Of a stretch of DNA of 64,000 bases, positions 44,992-55,077 are shown in pieces. Made by a program: the position numbers and the translations under genes. Source of the DNA: Thermotogota bacterium ADurb.Bin062 (lineage in GTDB: Bacteria > Thermotogota > Thermotogae > MWEM01); the NCBI GenBank assembly GCA_002071085.1, contig MWEM01000007.1:17618-81617 (forward strand), written 5' to 3'. Position 1 is the first letter of the stretch. Each line of letters begins with the position of its first letter. The notes beneath the pieces are model-generated. The model was not told the origin of the DNA. It made no database searches and saw nothing but the letters and a program-made list of their open reading frames with translations.

Positions 44992-45363
44992 ATGGAAGTC
45001 ATCAGCCTAACCATCGTCGGAATATCCGTAGTCTTTCTCTGTTTTGTATTCATATACGTCCTGCTCAAGGCATTTGAAGCCATATTCAGAGAGCGAAAAC
45101 CAGAACGAGAGGAGCCGGCTTTGACGAAGCCGGTCATCGGGACTGACGGGGGATTCTCCTCCATTTCTTCCCTAGCGGTGGGTGGTACGGGAGATGCCGT
45201 AATCACCGAGGAAGAGGTGGCCGCGATAGGCGCGGCCTTATTCGCTTATTTAGACAAACCCTACAGGCTTGTCGGCTTGAGACGGGTCTCACAAGAAGAA
45301 ACGCGATGCCGGACGCCGAGGAAGTATAAAACTTGGAAAGTTCATCAGAAAGGGGACAAATAA
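44992..45363 (+). CDS. OadG-like small membrane subunit (decarboxylase gamma/delta family)
   Basis: N-terminal TM helix, then EEEVAAIGAAL, typical of OadG/MmdD. Confidence 0.6.
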   Translation: MEVISLTIVGISVVFLCFVFIYVLLKAFEAIFRERKPEREEPALTKPVIGTDGGFSSISSLAVGGTGDAVITEEEVAAIGAALFAYLDKPYRLVGLRRVSQEETRCRTPRKYKTWKVHQKGDK

Positions 45364-45827
45364 TGATGATGAAGAGTTATAGGGTCTATGTGAACGGCAA
45401 AGCATATGAAGTCCAAGTGGAAGAGTTAGGGGCAGCAGTCGCGCCGCAGATGCCGGTCGCCGTGACTGCGTCATTGCAAGAAGCCCGCCCTGCTCCGGCT
45501 CGGATCGAACCGCAACCCACCCCACCATCGGCACCTCCACAAGAACCACAGAGCTCCAAACCAGCGGCTCCTGCAACTGTAAAAGCCCCATCGCCTAAAG
45601 GGCAAAAGGGGAAGGAGTATCACGCGCCGATGTCGGGGCTCATCATCGACGTATTCGTCAAACCCGGTCAATCCGTTAAAACTGGGGATGCCCTGCTGAG
45701 AATAGAAGCGATGAAAATGGAAAATGACATCATCTGTGAAAGCAACGGCGTCGTAGAAGAGGTTTTCATTCACAAGGGCGAAAACGTAGAAACCGGAAAA
45801 AATATGGTTACCGTGATCCCATCATAA
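45363..45827 (+). CDS. Biotin carboxyl carrier protein (biotinyl domain, Pro/Ala linker)
   Basis: EAMKMEN biotinylation motif; TAATG overlap with the upstream gene. Confidence 0.75.
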   Translation: MMMKSYRVYVNGKAYEVQVEELGAAVAPQMPVAVTASLQEARPAPARIEPQPTPPSAPPQEPQSSKPAAPATVKAPSPKGQKGKEYHAPMSGLIIDVFVKPGQSVKTGDALLRIEAMKMENDIICESNGVVEEVFIHKGENVETGKNMVTVIPS

Positions 45828-45834
45828 GGGTGAG

Positions 45835-47109
45835 ATGACAATCGTGTGGAATAACCTACGACAAGAAGACAGCGAAGTATACGCGATCATTAAGCAAGAA
45901 TTGGCGCGTCAAGAACACGGTTTGGAACTCATCGCCTCAGAGAACTTCGTTTCGAAAGGCGTTATGGAGGCGATGGGGAGCATATTGACGAACAAGTATG
46001 CGGAGGGTTATCCCAAGAAGCGATACTACGGTGGGTGCGTCTACGTGGATATGGCCGAAACTCTGGCGAGAGAGCGCGTGAAAGAGCTTTTCCACGCCAA
46101 ATACGCCAACGTACAACCCCATTCCGGATCGCAGGCGAATATGGCCGCCTATTTTGCCGTGGCGGACCCGGGTAGCGTACTGATGGGAATGGCGCTTAGC
46201 CACGGAGGGCACCTCACTCATGGCGCTCCGGTCAGCTTTTCCGGTAAAATCTACCGTGTCGTTCAGTATGGGGTCAATATCGAGACGGAAAAGATAGATT
46301 ATGATGAAGTGGAGAAGATGGCCTTAGAGCACAACCCGAAGATCCTGGTTGCCGGTGGCAGCGCCTATTCGAGGATTATAGACTTTAAACGGTTCAGACA
46401 GATCGCCGATCGCGTGGGCGCCTATCTGGTCGTCGATATGGCGCACTTCGCCGGTCTCGTAGCGGCAGGGATATACCCGAACCCGCTGGATTATGCCCAT
46501 ATCGTCACCTCAACGACCCATAAAACCTTGAGGGGACCGCGCGGCGGTTTGATTCTCACCAACGATGAAGAGCTCTACAAAAGCATCAATAAAACGATCT
46601 TCCCGGGCATTCAAGGGGGGCCTTTGATGCATATCATCGCGGCTAAAGCCGTTTGCTTCAAAGAGGCGCTCTCCCCTGATTTCGTGGACTATCAGAAACG
46701 GGTGGTCGCTAACGCGGTTCGCTTGGCGGAAGAATTGGAGAAACTTGGGGTTCGTATCGTTTCGGGCGGGACCGACACACACCTGTTTTTGGTAGACCTC
46801 AGTCCGAAAAACGCGACCGGAAAAGCGGTGGAAGCCGCTTTGGAGACTGCCCACGTAACCGTTAACAAAAACACCGTCCCCAACGAAAAGCTCTCGCCGT
46901 TCGTCACCAGTGGTATCCGGGTCGGCACTCCGGCCGTGACGACACGGGGAATGGGCCCCTCGGAGATGGTGGAGATCGCGAAGATCATCCAAGAGGTGAT
47001 CGATCATATGGACACGGAAGGGCAACTCCCGGAGAGTATTCGGGAAGCGGTCATCGGACGCGTCGACGCGCTGTGCGAACGGTTCCCGCTTTATCAGGAG
47101 CTATTGTAG
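45835..47109 (+). CDS. glyA: Serine hydroxymethyltransferase
   Basis: [27 protein letters not shown] (PLP lysine). Confidence 0.9.
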   Translation: MTIVWNNLRQEDSEVYAIIKQELARQEHGLELIASENFVSKGVMEAMGSILTNKYAEGYPKKRYYGGCVYVDMAETLARERVKELFHAKYANVQPHSGSQANMAAYFAVADPGSVLMGMALSHGGHLTHGAPVSFSGKIYRVVQYGVNIETEKIDYDEVEKMALEHNPKILVAGGSAYSRIIDFKRFRQIADRVGAYLVVDMAHFAGLVAAGIYPNPLDYAHIVTSTTHKTLRGPRGGLILTNDEELYKSINKTIFPGIQGGPLMHIIAAKAVCFKEALSPDFVDYQKRVVANAVRLAEELEKLGVRIVSGGTDTHLFLVDLSPKNATGKAVEAALETAHVTVNKNTVPNEKLSPFVTSGIRVGTPAVTTRGMGPSEMVEIAKIIQEVIDHMDTEGQLPESIREAVIGRVDALCERFPLYQELL

Positions 47110-47135
47110 AACTTTCGGTTTCCCCGGTTAGGGAA

Positions 47136-47159
47136 GGCGGAGGGATCCGCCTTTTTTTT
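47136..47159 (+). terminator. Rho-independent terminator after glyA
   Basis: GGCGGAGGGATCCGCC stem followed by tttttttt. Confidence 0.7.
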
Positions 47160-47162
47160 CAT

Positions 47163-48941
47163 CTATGAGTCTTTTCGGCGAGAAGGAACCACCCAATAGG
47201 CTTCGATAGGCCTCGGTTTTTCCGGGATTTCATCCGGATCGTAGTAAGCCTCCACGATGTCTCCCGCATTCGGCCCTCGAATAGGCCCCTGAAAAGCAGG
47301 ATGCGCGTATATGTACTCCCTTCCGTCATTCCCTTTAATGAACCCTTTCTTCGGTATCGGCCTCTTAACCGCTTTTCCCTGAACCGGTGTCAGTAAGGGT
47401 TTGAGCGACATCCTCCAGATTGGGATCAACTCTTTGTAGAGCTGCTCAAAAGATAACCCCGGCGGACAAGCAATGGTCTGAGCTCTCTTAGTCGTTTCGG
47501 GATCTCCTTCTATTTCTAAAGACACCAACACAAGCTGGTACATCAGTAGACACTTGCGCTCCATTGCCCACATACTTCGATCTCGGTAGATGTCGGCCAG
47601 AAGACTATAACATTCTAATTTGATGAGTTCGCTGCCTGGAAACAAGGCGGCTTTCAGCGCGTATTTGTAGGCATTATTCTGGTCGCCGAGGGCGAAATAC
47701 ACCTTTGCGATATCCAGAGGGAGTGGCCACTTCTTCTCGAGTTTCTGGGCCGCCAGCAGGTCCGGCAGGGCCTCTTTAGGACTGCCAAGTTGAAAACGGG
47801 CAGCGCCCCTCAGGCGGAGGAATGGAGCGGTGTCGCCATCTGGTATCCTTTCCGCGATAAGGGCTAGGGCCTCGTTGCAGCAGAGGAAGCAGTCAGAAAA
47901 TCGAGATTCTGACAGTAGCCATTTCGCCTTCGCGAGGTACCAGATTTCAGCGTTGGAAGGCTTCCGAACGGTCTTTCCTCTGCCCTCTTCAAAATTGTAG
48001 GCAAGTACGCTTAACGTCTCAGGATTCACCTTCTCTATCCAACTCTCTATCAGATGCCCTTCCGGTAAATCCAAAAGTCCGTACAACCACTCTAGAGTTT
48101 TTATCACAGTGAGTTCGTATGGAGAATTGGGTTCCTGTTTCGTTTTCGACAATATTTTTTGCGCCTGCTCTAAAAGTTCTGCTCCCCAAACCCGGGATTT
48201 ATCGTGAAAAAGACAGTCGTAAAGGATCCATCCGTAGATGTTGTTGAATCGGGTGTTGTTCGGTTCCGCTGCGATTAAGGCTTCGGCAACTTCGAGCGCG
48301 TCGGGCGATCTTCGGTCCTTCCGCAAACAAACACAAAAACTATACATATCATCGGGGTAAAACAGCGGGCGATTGTATAGCCACAAGTTTTCGAAGAGGG
48401 GAAGGGCCTGCGCATAAGCTTTCTCCTTATACAGGTTCCTAGCCTCTTTCATTTTTGAAAGAACCGCGTTATCCACGGCTTCCTTGAGTTGCATTTTCTC
48501 TTCCCAATAGTAAGAATTTCCGGCTGCTCCTTCCTTGGCCAAACGGTCGACCCGTTCGTTATATGGGTCTCCGCTATGACTTTTCACCTTCACCCATCGC
48601 ACCTTTACCTTGCGGCTTTGGATCTCTTTCACATAGGTTTGAGTAAGCTCCTTTTTCGCCCTCCATTTTCCTGTCGCCCAAGCTCGAATGCCTTCATAGT
48701 CATAGAACACGGTGATCTCGCGAACTCCCCTATCGTCACACCAGGCCAACACGGCCATTGTCGCCAACAACTCGCCGCCAACCTGCCGCGAATCTGCCCA
48801 AATTCCTTTAGGTACTGGTTCACTCCGTTCAGCAAGGACGGTCGACCGATCGAAAATGATAAACCCATACCCGACACCACCGTCCCGGTAAGCGCCGTCG
48901 ACATACGCCTTCAGGGGATATTTAAAATTGTTTCTATCCAT
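47163..48941 (-). CDS. RNase H (type 1) catalytic domain fused to ~450-aa TPR-like helical repeat region
   Basis: N-terminal VDGAY...GGELLATMAVL...VFYDYEG...SHSGDPYNERVDRLAK corresponds to the RNase HI D-E-D-(H)-D residues. The remainder is helical-repeat-like. The gene stands alone between a terminator and a divergent promoter region. Confidence 0.6.
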   Translation of the reverse strand: MDRNNFKYPLKAYVDGAYRDGGVGYGFIIFDRSTVLAERSEPVPKGIWADSRQVGGELLATMAVLAWCDDRGVREITVFYDYEGIRAWATGKWRAKKELTQTYVKEIQSRKVKVRWVKVKSHSGDPYNERVDRLAKEGAAGNSYYWEEKMQLKEAVDNAVLSKMKEARNLYKEKAYAQALPLFENLWLYNRPLFYPDDMYSFCVCLRKDRRSPDALEVAEALIAAEPNNTRFNNIYGWILYDCLFHDKSRVWGAELLEQAQKILSKTKQEPNSPYELTVIKTLEWLYGLLDLPEGHLIESWIEKVNPETLSVLAYNFEEGRGKTVRKPSNAEIWYLAKAKWLLSESRFSDCFLCCNEALALIAERIPDGDTAPFLRLRGAARFQLGSPKEALPDLLAAQKLEKKWPLPLDIAKVYFALGDQNNAYKYALKAALFPGSELIKLECYSLLADIYRDRSMWAMERKCLLMYQLVLVSLEIEGDPETTKRAQTIACPPGLSFEQLYKELIPIWRMSLKPLLTPVQGKAVKRPIPKKGFIKGNDGREYIYAHPAFQGPIRGPNAGDIVEAYYDPDEIPEKPRPIEAYWVVPSRRKDS

Positions 48942-49312
48942 TGACCTCTCCCACCTTTTTTACGTTTTCCTTCGCGGTTATAGTATACCGAAAAACCTTG
49001 TATAAAAAACAGCGAAATCGAAAGGCGTACGATTCGCGCGGAAAACAACAAGGCGCCAATAGAGAGAAAGCGAGAAAACAAAAAGGCAAAAGTCGGGCCC
49101 AATGAGCGGTCGTGACGGGCGATTAGGGACGTCGACTTCCAGGTTTTATGGTCTTTATTCTTTAGGATTTCCTCGAAAAGCTTGAGTCTTTTGCTCGGGA
49201 GCGCCATTTTTACCGATGCGCCCCATTTTTTTCTCCAACGCAGGCAGATGCTTTTTTTTAGTAATTGTGCTATAATTTATCATTCGATGAATTATGATAA
49301 TGGAGGGGTTCT

Positions 49313-49924
49313 ATGGATTTTCGGAAAATGTCGATAGACGAGTTTCTCGATACTCTCGGTTCTTCTTCACCCACCCCCGGTGGGGGCACTGTTTCAGCGT
49401 TGTCCGGCGCTCTGGCTGCGGGCCTTACAAAAATGGTCGCTTCCTTGACACAAGGGAAAAAAGGGTATGAAGACCACTTTCCTTTGATGCAAGAAACGGC
49501 CCTTTTGGAAACTCAAGAAATAGAGTGGTTCAAGACGATGATGGATGAGGATTCTAAGGCCTTCAATCAGGTGACGAGGGCGATGAAGCTTCCGAAAGAC
49601 ACACCTACCCAGAAAGAGGTTCGGGCGGAGGCGATACAAGCGGCTCTCAAGGCGGCGACGAAAACTCCCCTGGAAATTGCCAAACATATCACGCGGTTAG
49701 TCCCACGAGCCGGCTTGATGGCCCGTTTCGGCAACAAAAACGCGAAATCCGACGCCTTATGCGCGCTCGAGCTGTGCCAGGCCGGTTTTAGGATGTCCTT
49801 GGAGAACGTGTCGATCAACCTCGAGATGATCAAGGATTCGCAGTTTGTCCAGAAGACCAGAGAAGCCGTCTCGGAATTGAAAACTCAATTCGAAGAGGGA
49901 ATGAAGCAAGCGCTCGAGGCATGA
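49313..49924 (+). CDS. Cyclodeaminase/cyclohydrolase family protein (FTCD C-terminal-like; methenyl-THF cyclohydrolase or formimino-THF cyclodeaminase)
   Basis: SPTPGGGTVSALSGALAAGL matches the FTCD_C signature. Confidence 0.75.
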   Translation: MDFRKMSIDEFLDTLGSSSPTPGGGTVSALSGALAAGLTKMVASLTQGKKGYEDHFPLMQETALLETQEIEWFKTMMDEDSKAFNQVTRAMKLPKDTPTQKEVRAEAIQAALKAATKTPLEIAKHITRLVPRAGLMARFGNKNAKSDALCALELCQAGFRMSLENVSINLEMIKDSQFVQKTREAVSELKTQFEEGMKQALEA

Positions 49925-51072
49925 ACTCTACCAAAAGCTTTACTCTTCAAACCCAAGCGGGGAGCGAAAAGATCGGAGAGGCCCTATCGGCCGGTAGAAA
50001 CGGATTTCTGCGCCTTCCCCACGGTGACGTCGAAACACCTGTCTTTATGCCCGTTGGGACGCAGGCCGCGGTCAAGTGTCTCCTACCGGGACAATTGAAA
50101 GAGATCGGGACACAGATCCTGTTGAGCAACACCTTTCACTTGTATTTAAGGCCCGGACACGAAGACATCCGGTTTCATGGCGGGCTGCATCGGTTTATGG
50201 GGTGGGATCGCCCGATTCTGACGGATAGCGGGGGTTTCCAAGTGTTCAGCCTATCCAAGCTCAACAAAATCACGGATGAGGGCGTTGTTTTCAGATCCCC
50301 GCTGGACGGGTCCGAACATTTCTTCACACCCGAATTGACGGTTGAGATACAAGAAGCTTTGGGTTCCGACATTGCGATGGTTTTCGACGAGTGCGCCCCA
50401 CATGACGCGCCCGAGACCTATATCCGCCAAGCGATGAAAAGAACCTATGAATGGGCCAAACGCTTCTATAAAGCTCATTCCAAAGAAGATCAGATGGTTT
50501 TCGGGATCGTTCAAGGGGGCGTTTCCATCCCCTTGCGGCAGGAAAGCGCCGAGCAGATCACCTCGATCCCGTTCGATGGGTATGCAATCGGCGGATTGAG
50601 CGTCGGAGAACCCGAATCGGTGACCCTCGCGGCGCTCGAAGCGACGTGCGCCTATCTACCGAAGGATAAACCCCGTTATCTGATGGGGGTAGGGACACCG
50701 GAACTCATCTTCGCGAGCGTCGCCTTAGGCGTAGATATGTTCGATTGCGTTTTGCCCACAAGGAGCGCCCGTCACGCCACACTCTACACCTCAGGCGGGA
50801 AGGTGCATATCAAATCCGCAAAGTACAAACGCAATCGAGAGCCTTTAGACCCGCGGTGCGATTGTTACACCTGTCGCCATTTTTCCAGAGGGTACCTCCA
50901 ACACCTCTACGCGCGCTCAGAAGTCTCGGGGATGGTTTTAGGCAGTTTACACAATATTCGCTTTTTAACCGCAATGATGGAGAATATTCGGATTTCGATA
51001 CGGGAGCGTCGGTTCGAAGCCTATCGAAAAGCATTTTTCGATCGATATAGAAATCAAGACGGCTCCGAATAA
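49921..51072 (+). CDS. tgt: Queuine tRNA-ribosyltransferase (tRNA-guanine transglycosylase)
   Basis: TPVFMPVGT, LTDSGGFQV, zinc site CDCYTCRHFSRGYLQHL. ATGA overlap with the upstream gene. Confidence 0.9.
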   Translation: MNSTKSFTLQTQAGSEKIGEALSAGRNGFLRLPHGDVETPVFMPVGTQAAVKCLLPGQLKEIGTQILLSNTFHLYLRPGHEDIRFHGGLHRFMGWDRPILTDSGGFQVFSLSKLNKITDEGVVFRSPLDGSEHFFTPELTVEIQEALGSDIAMVFDECAPHDAPETYIRQAMKRTYEWAKRFYKAHSKEDQMVFGIVQGGVSIPLRQESAEQITSIPFDGYAIGGLSVGEPESVTLAALEATCAYLPKDKPRYLMGVGTPELIFASVALGVDMFDCVLPTRSARHATLYTSGGKVHIKSAKYKRNREPLDPRCDCYTCRHFSRGYLQHLYARSEVSGMVLGSLHNIRFLTAMMENIRISIRERRFEAYRKAFFDRYRNQDGSE

Positions 51073-51108
51073 CCCGATATCTTCCATCGACAATGAAGGA
51101 GGACGTTT

Positions 51109-52755
51109 ATGGATAGAGTGATCCGATCCGACCGCGGCAACGCCTTATCCTGTGGGAGCTGGATGACGGAAGCGCCGATGCGGATGCTGATGAACAACCT
51201 GGATCCGGAAGTGGCGAAAGACCCCGCCCACCTCATCGTCTACGGAGGGAACGGGAAGGCTGCTCGGAATTGGGCGTGTTATGACAAGATCGTCGAGACG
51301 CTGAAACGTTTGAAGGAAGACGAAACGCTCCTGATTCAGTCTGGGAAACCGGTCGCAGTTTTCCAAACACACGAATGGGCGCCACGGGTGCTCATCGCGA
51401 ACTCCCTGTTGGTGCCGAAATGGGCGACGATCGAGTACTTCAGGGAATTAGAGGAACGCGGGCTCATCATGTACGGTCAAATGACCGCCGGCAGCTGGAT
51501 CTATATCGGGACGCAAGGGATTTTACAGGGGACTTACGAAACCTTCGCCGCTTGTGCGCGCAAGTATTTCGGTGGGACATTGAAAGGGAAATGGGTGTTG
51601 ACCGCCGGATTGGGCGAGATGGGAGGCGCGCAGCCCTTGGCCGTAACGATGAACGAGGGTGTCGCTTTGGTGGTCGAAGCCGACAAGAGAGCGATCGATA
51701 GGAGAATAGAAAAAGAATACGTGGATATGTGGACCGATGATCTCGATGAAGCGATCCGGTGGGTTAAAAAAGCGCTGAAAGAGGAAAAGCCGCTTTCCAT
51801 CGGCTTGTTGGGCAACGTCGGCGATATCTATCCGGAGCTGCTCAGAAGGGATATGATCCCCGACGCGTTAACCGACCAAACGGCCGCTCACGACCCCCTC
51901 AACGGCTATATTCCTATGGGAATGACCTTTGAGGAGGCCGTCAAACTCAGAACGAGCGATCCTCAGGCCTATCTTGAACGGGTTTACCATACCGTTCTGG
52001 TACACGTTCGCGCTCTACTTGATTTTCAGAAGCGGGGAGCAAAAACATTCGAATACGGTAACAACCTCCGTAGGCTAGCCTTCGATCACGGAGAGGAGGA
52101 TGCTTTCAACATCGTCGGCTATATGCCCGAATACATCCGGCCCTTGTTTTGCGAAGGCAACGGACCTTTCCGATGGGCCGCGCTCTCCGGAAAAGCAGAG
52201 GATATTTATAAGACCGACGAAAAAGTGTTGGAGCTCTTTCCCGATAACGCTCATCTGAAAAAATGGATCACCTTGGCCCGAGAACGCATCCGCTTTCAGG
52301 GATTGCCTTCTCGCATCTGCTGGCTAAACTACGGGCAACGCGAAAAGATGGGGCTTGCGATTAACGAAATGGTCAAGAAAGGAGAGATATCCGCGCCGAT
52401 CGCTATCGGACGCGACCATCATGACACCGGTTCGGTCGCTTCTCCCTACCGAGAGACCGAGGCGATGATGGACGGGTCGGACGCAATCGCGGATTGGCCG
52501 ATTCTGAACGCGCTGATGAACACCGCGAGCGGAGCGACTTGGGTTTCCGTTCATCACGGTGGGGGCGTCGGAATCGGGTTTTCGATCCACGCCGGGGTCG
52601 TGATCGTCGCGGATGGAAGCGCCCTAAGCCATAAAAAGATCGCGAGAGTGCTCAACAATGACTCAGGTTTAGGGGTAGTTCGACACGCGGACGCCGGCTA
52701 TCCCATCGCCCTTAAAACAGCGAAGGACAAGGGTATCGACACGCCGATGCTCTAG
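51109..52755 (+). CDS. hutU: Urocanate hydratase
   Basis: Full-length urocanase similarity including the NAD-binding [10 protein letters not shown]. Confidence 0.9.
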   Translation: MDRVIRSDRGNALSCGSWMTEAPMRMLMNNLDPEVAKDPAHLIVYGGNGKAARNWACYDKIVETLKRLKEDETLLIQSGKPVAVFQTHEWAPRVLIANSLLVPKWATIEYFRELEERGLIMYGQMTAGSWIYIGTQGILQGTYETFAACARKYFGGTLKGKWVLTAGLGEMGGAQPLAVTMNEGVALVVEADKRAIDRRIEKEYVDMWTDDLDEAIRWVKKALKEEKPLSIGLLGNVGDIYPELLRRDMIPDALTDQTAAHDPLNGYIPMGMTFEEAVKLRTSDPQAYLERVYHTVLVHVRALLDFQKRGAKTFEYGNNLRRLAFDHGEEDAFNIVGYMPEYIRPLFCEGNGPFRWAALSGKAEDIYKTDEKVLELFPDNAHLKKWITLARERIRFQGLPSRICWLNYGQREKMGLAINEMVKKGEISAPIAIGRDHHDTGSVASPYRETEAMMDGSDAIADWPILNALMNTASGATWVSVHHGGGVGIGFSIHAGVVIVADGSALSHKKIARVLNNDSGLGVVRHADAGYPIALKTAKDKGIDTPML

Positions 52756-52859
52756 TGCAAGTCTTGGACTTTATTCTTTGACATAGCGTTGAAGGACCCG
52801 GTGCGTCGCTGTTTGCAGCGAGATAGTCGTCACGCGATATTCGATTGTGGGTATACCTT

Positions 52860-53759
52860 ATGATACCGTTCCAGGGGGGGATTCGATTGAAAAGGTACGC
52901 GTTTCTTATTCCTTTGATGTTGATCGGGTTTGTGAGTTTTGCGGTTACGGTTTCATTTTGGGAGATTCCGTTTCCAGAAGGGACGGGACCGACCGCCAAG
53001 GGGATCGGGGGGATATACAACAACCCTGCCGTGCTGAGTTTGGAAACTAATTGGCAGTTCGGTTTAATGACGAGTTTGTGGAACAGTGTGGGGGACGAGC
53101 ATTATCACATTGTCGGCGCCACGTTGATACAACCCTATCAGTATGGCTTTGCAGGCGGTTTGGATATCCTTTACGGTCAGCTAAAAGACCAAGCGGGTTC
53201 GAACACCTTCGCATCTTTTGGCTATGCCATTTCCGGGCTATGGAATCGGTTATCTTGGGGGGCCCGGATTATCGCCGGGTATTTTGACAACGACCCCGAA
53301 AGCTCGGTGTACGGGTCCGCGAACCTTGGGCTGATGTATTCGGTTCTGGACAACACGCACATCCTGTTCAACTTTAACGCGCCGCAGATCGTAACGACGA
53401 AGCCTTTGGTTTTCGATATCAATAGACCCGAAACGTTCAACATCGGCGCTGGAATACTCACAGCGAACGACATAGGGCGTGTTTATGCCGGGATGACGGC
53501 CTACAACAAGAATGAGAATCCCTACTTCGGTTTTATGTTCGGCGGGGGCATCAAAATGGCCTTCTTGAACTGGGACCTGGCCTTTGTCGGCAAGGACTTG
53601 TTCGTCGGTATACCGATCGATGAGATGAACGCGGTCATCAAAGCCTCTCTCTATCTCGATTTCGAGTACTTCGCGATAGGGGTTGGTGCACAGATGCCCT
53701 TGACGACTTACGGGTTCTCGGAAACGATCTTGAGCGCCTTCGTCCGCGCGAAGTGGTGA
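52860..53759 (+). CDS. Putative outer-membrane beta-barrel protein (hypothetical)
   Basis: Signal-peptide-like N-terminus (alternative TTG start at 52887 gives MKRYAFLIPLMLIGFVSFA). Alternating hydrophobic beta-strand pattern and a C-terminal aromatic ...FVRAKW, typical of OM beta-barrels. Confidence 0.5.
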   Translation: MIPFQGGIRLKRYAFLIPLMLIGFVSFAVTVSFWEIPFPEGTGPTAKGIGGIYNNPAVLSLETNWQFGLMTSLWNSVGDEHYHIVGATLIQPYQYGFAGGLDILYGQLKDQAGSNTFASFGYAISGLWNRLSWGARIIAGYFDNDPESSVYGSANLGLMYSVLDNTHILFNFNAPQIVTTKPLVFDINRPETFNIGAGILTANDIGRVYAGMTAYNKNENPYFGFMFGGGIKMAFLNWDLAFVGKDLFVGIPIDEMNAVIKASLYLDFEYFAIGVGAQMPLTTYGFSETILSAFVRAKW

Positions 53760-53867
53760 GATCTTCCAGCAGGGGTCTATCTGTCGAGCGCGGTTGAAAG
53801 AGCGAGCCGAGGTTCTAATCTTGACTCGAGACTGGCGCGTATGTGTAGAGGAGGGACGATCATAAGA

Positions 53868-54365
53868 ATGAGAACGGTATTGATTGCGGTGGTTTTCGGC
53901 TTCGTGTTTTTCGCCTGTGGCTGCGCCTTTATGGGACTCGGCGTAATTACGGATATTAGCAAGCCCGACGGGCCAAATCCAGAGGACGCGACACCGACTT
54001 CTTGGTACATCAGAAATGTCTTTCAGGGGATCTGGAACTATCAGTATTTGCTTTCTGGCACCTCCGTCCAGGTTTATCGCGTGACCCATGAAGTGCAGAA
54101 AAACGGGGAGCTCAAGTTCACCTTCGCGCTTCCCATTACAGGTGTGAAGCATTTTTTAGCCACGGGCACCATCGATATGAACACGGGCCTGTTCTTTGGC
54201 GGAAGCGCTTGGGCGCAAATAGGAAATGAAGAGGGTGCGATCACCTTCACGGGTACCTTCGCTACGCAAACCTCGCAAATTGAAGCGTATTCGGTCATAT
54301 TGGACCGGCGGTTTAATCCCGGGGAGCTCATCTTCTATACGATTTCGGCGAATCGGGTGCAGTAA
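53868..54365 (+). CDS. Lipoprotein, hypothetical
   Basis: MRTVLIAVVFGFVFFACGC lipobox; RBS gaggaggg upstream of 53868. Confidence 0.5.
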   Translation: MRTVLIAVVFGFVFFACGCAFMGLGVITDISKPDGPNPEDATPTSWYIRNVFQGIWNYQYLLSGTSVQVYRVTHEVQKNGELKFTFALPITGVKHFLATGTIDMNTGLFFGGSAWAQIGNEEGAITFTGTFATQTSQIEAYSVILDRRFNPGELIFYTISANRVQ

Positions 54366-55076
54366 ATGGGGGTAACAGGCTCCTGCGTTGCCCTTTTGAT
54401 GGCGGGAGGCGCCGGCCGACGTTTCGAGAAAGCCCTGCCCAAACAATTCTTTTTATTGTCCGGAAAGCCCTTGATTCGATACGCGCTAGAGACCTTCCAA
54501 AGGTCCCCACAGATCGACGGGATTTTTGTCGTGTACGAACGGACCACGGAAGCGCAGACGCGTTCGATCGCCGAAAGCTACAGTAAAACCGTCGGGCTTG
54601 TGGCCGGCGGGCCAACGCGTCAAGATTCGGTCTATCTGGGTCTGGAAGCGCTATCTCAAATCGGGCAGCCCAGCCGAGTTTTGATCCACGACTGCGTTCG
54701 CCCGTTTTTTCAAACGGTTTTAGAGAGTGTCGTTTCGGAGTTGAAGGGCCATGAGGCCGTCATACCGGCGCTAGACATCGCGGACACGCTCTATCATTAC
54801 GATGGCGAAAGAATCCTGTCTCTCCCCAAGCGGGAGGAGTATTACCGTGTCCAAACTCCTCAGGGGTTTTCTTTTTCCGGCATCCTCGCGGCCCATCGAA
54901 AGGCCCAAGAAGAAAACAGGCGTGATTTTTCTGATGACGGATCGCTCTACGCGTTTTTCGGCGGGGCTTTGCGTTTGGTGAACGGTAGCCCCTTGAATAT
55001 AAAGATCACGACCCCGATGGATATTCCTATTGCGATGGTATACCTACGCTATATAGAGAACAAAGGAGTGGTCTGA
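54366..55076 (+). CDS. ispD: 2-C-methyl-D-erythritol 4-phosphate cytidylyltransferase
   Basis: LLMAGGAGRRF and the IspD fold. Confidence 0.85.
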   Translation: MGVTGSCVALLMAGGAGRRFEKALPKQFFLLSGKPLIRYALETFQRSPQIDGIFVVYERTTEAQTRSIAESYSKTVGLVAGGPTRQDSVYLGLEALSQIGQPSRVLIHDCVRPFFQTVLESVVSELKGHEAVIPALDIADTLYHYDGERILSLPKREEYYRVQTPQGFSFSGILAAHRKAQEENRRDFSDDGSLYAFFGGALRLVNGSPLNIKITTPMDIPIAMVYLRYIENKGVV

Positions 55077-55077
55077 T

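Noticed and set aside
45470-45600. Apparent repetitive Pro/Ala-rich DNA in the biotin carrier gene
   Set aside because: It encodes the flexible Pro/Ala linker typical of biotin carboxyl carrier proteins; it is not a DNA-level repeat element.
48911-49207. 98-aa minus-strand ORF in the AT-rich divergent region between the RNase H-TPR gene and the FTCD_C gene
   Set aside because: It overlaps the start of the 592-aa gene in another frame, lies in a promoter-like AT-rich segment (contains TGCTATAAT), has no RBS, and has a K/R/F-rich low-complexity translation.
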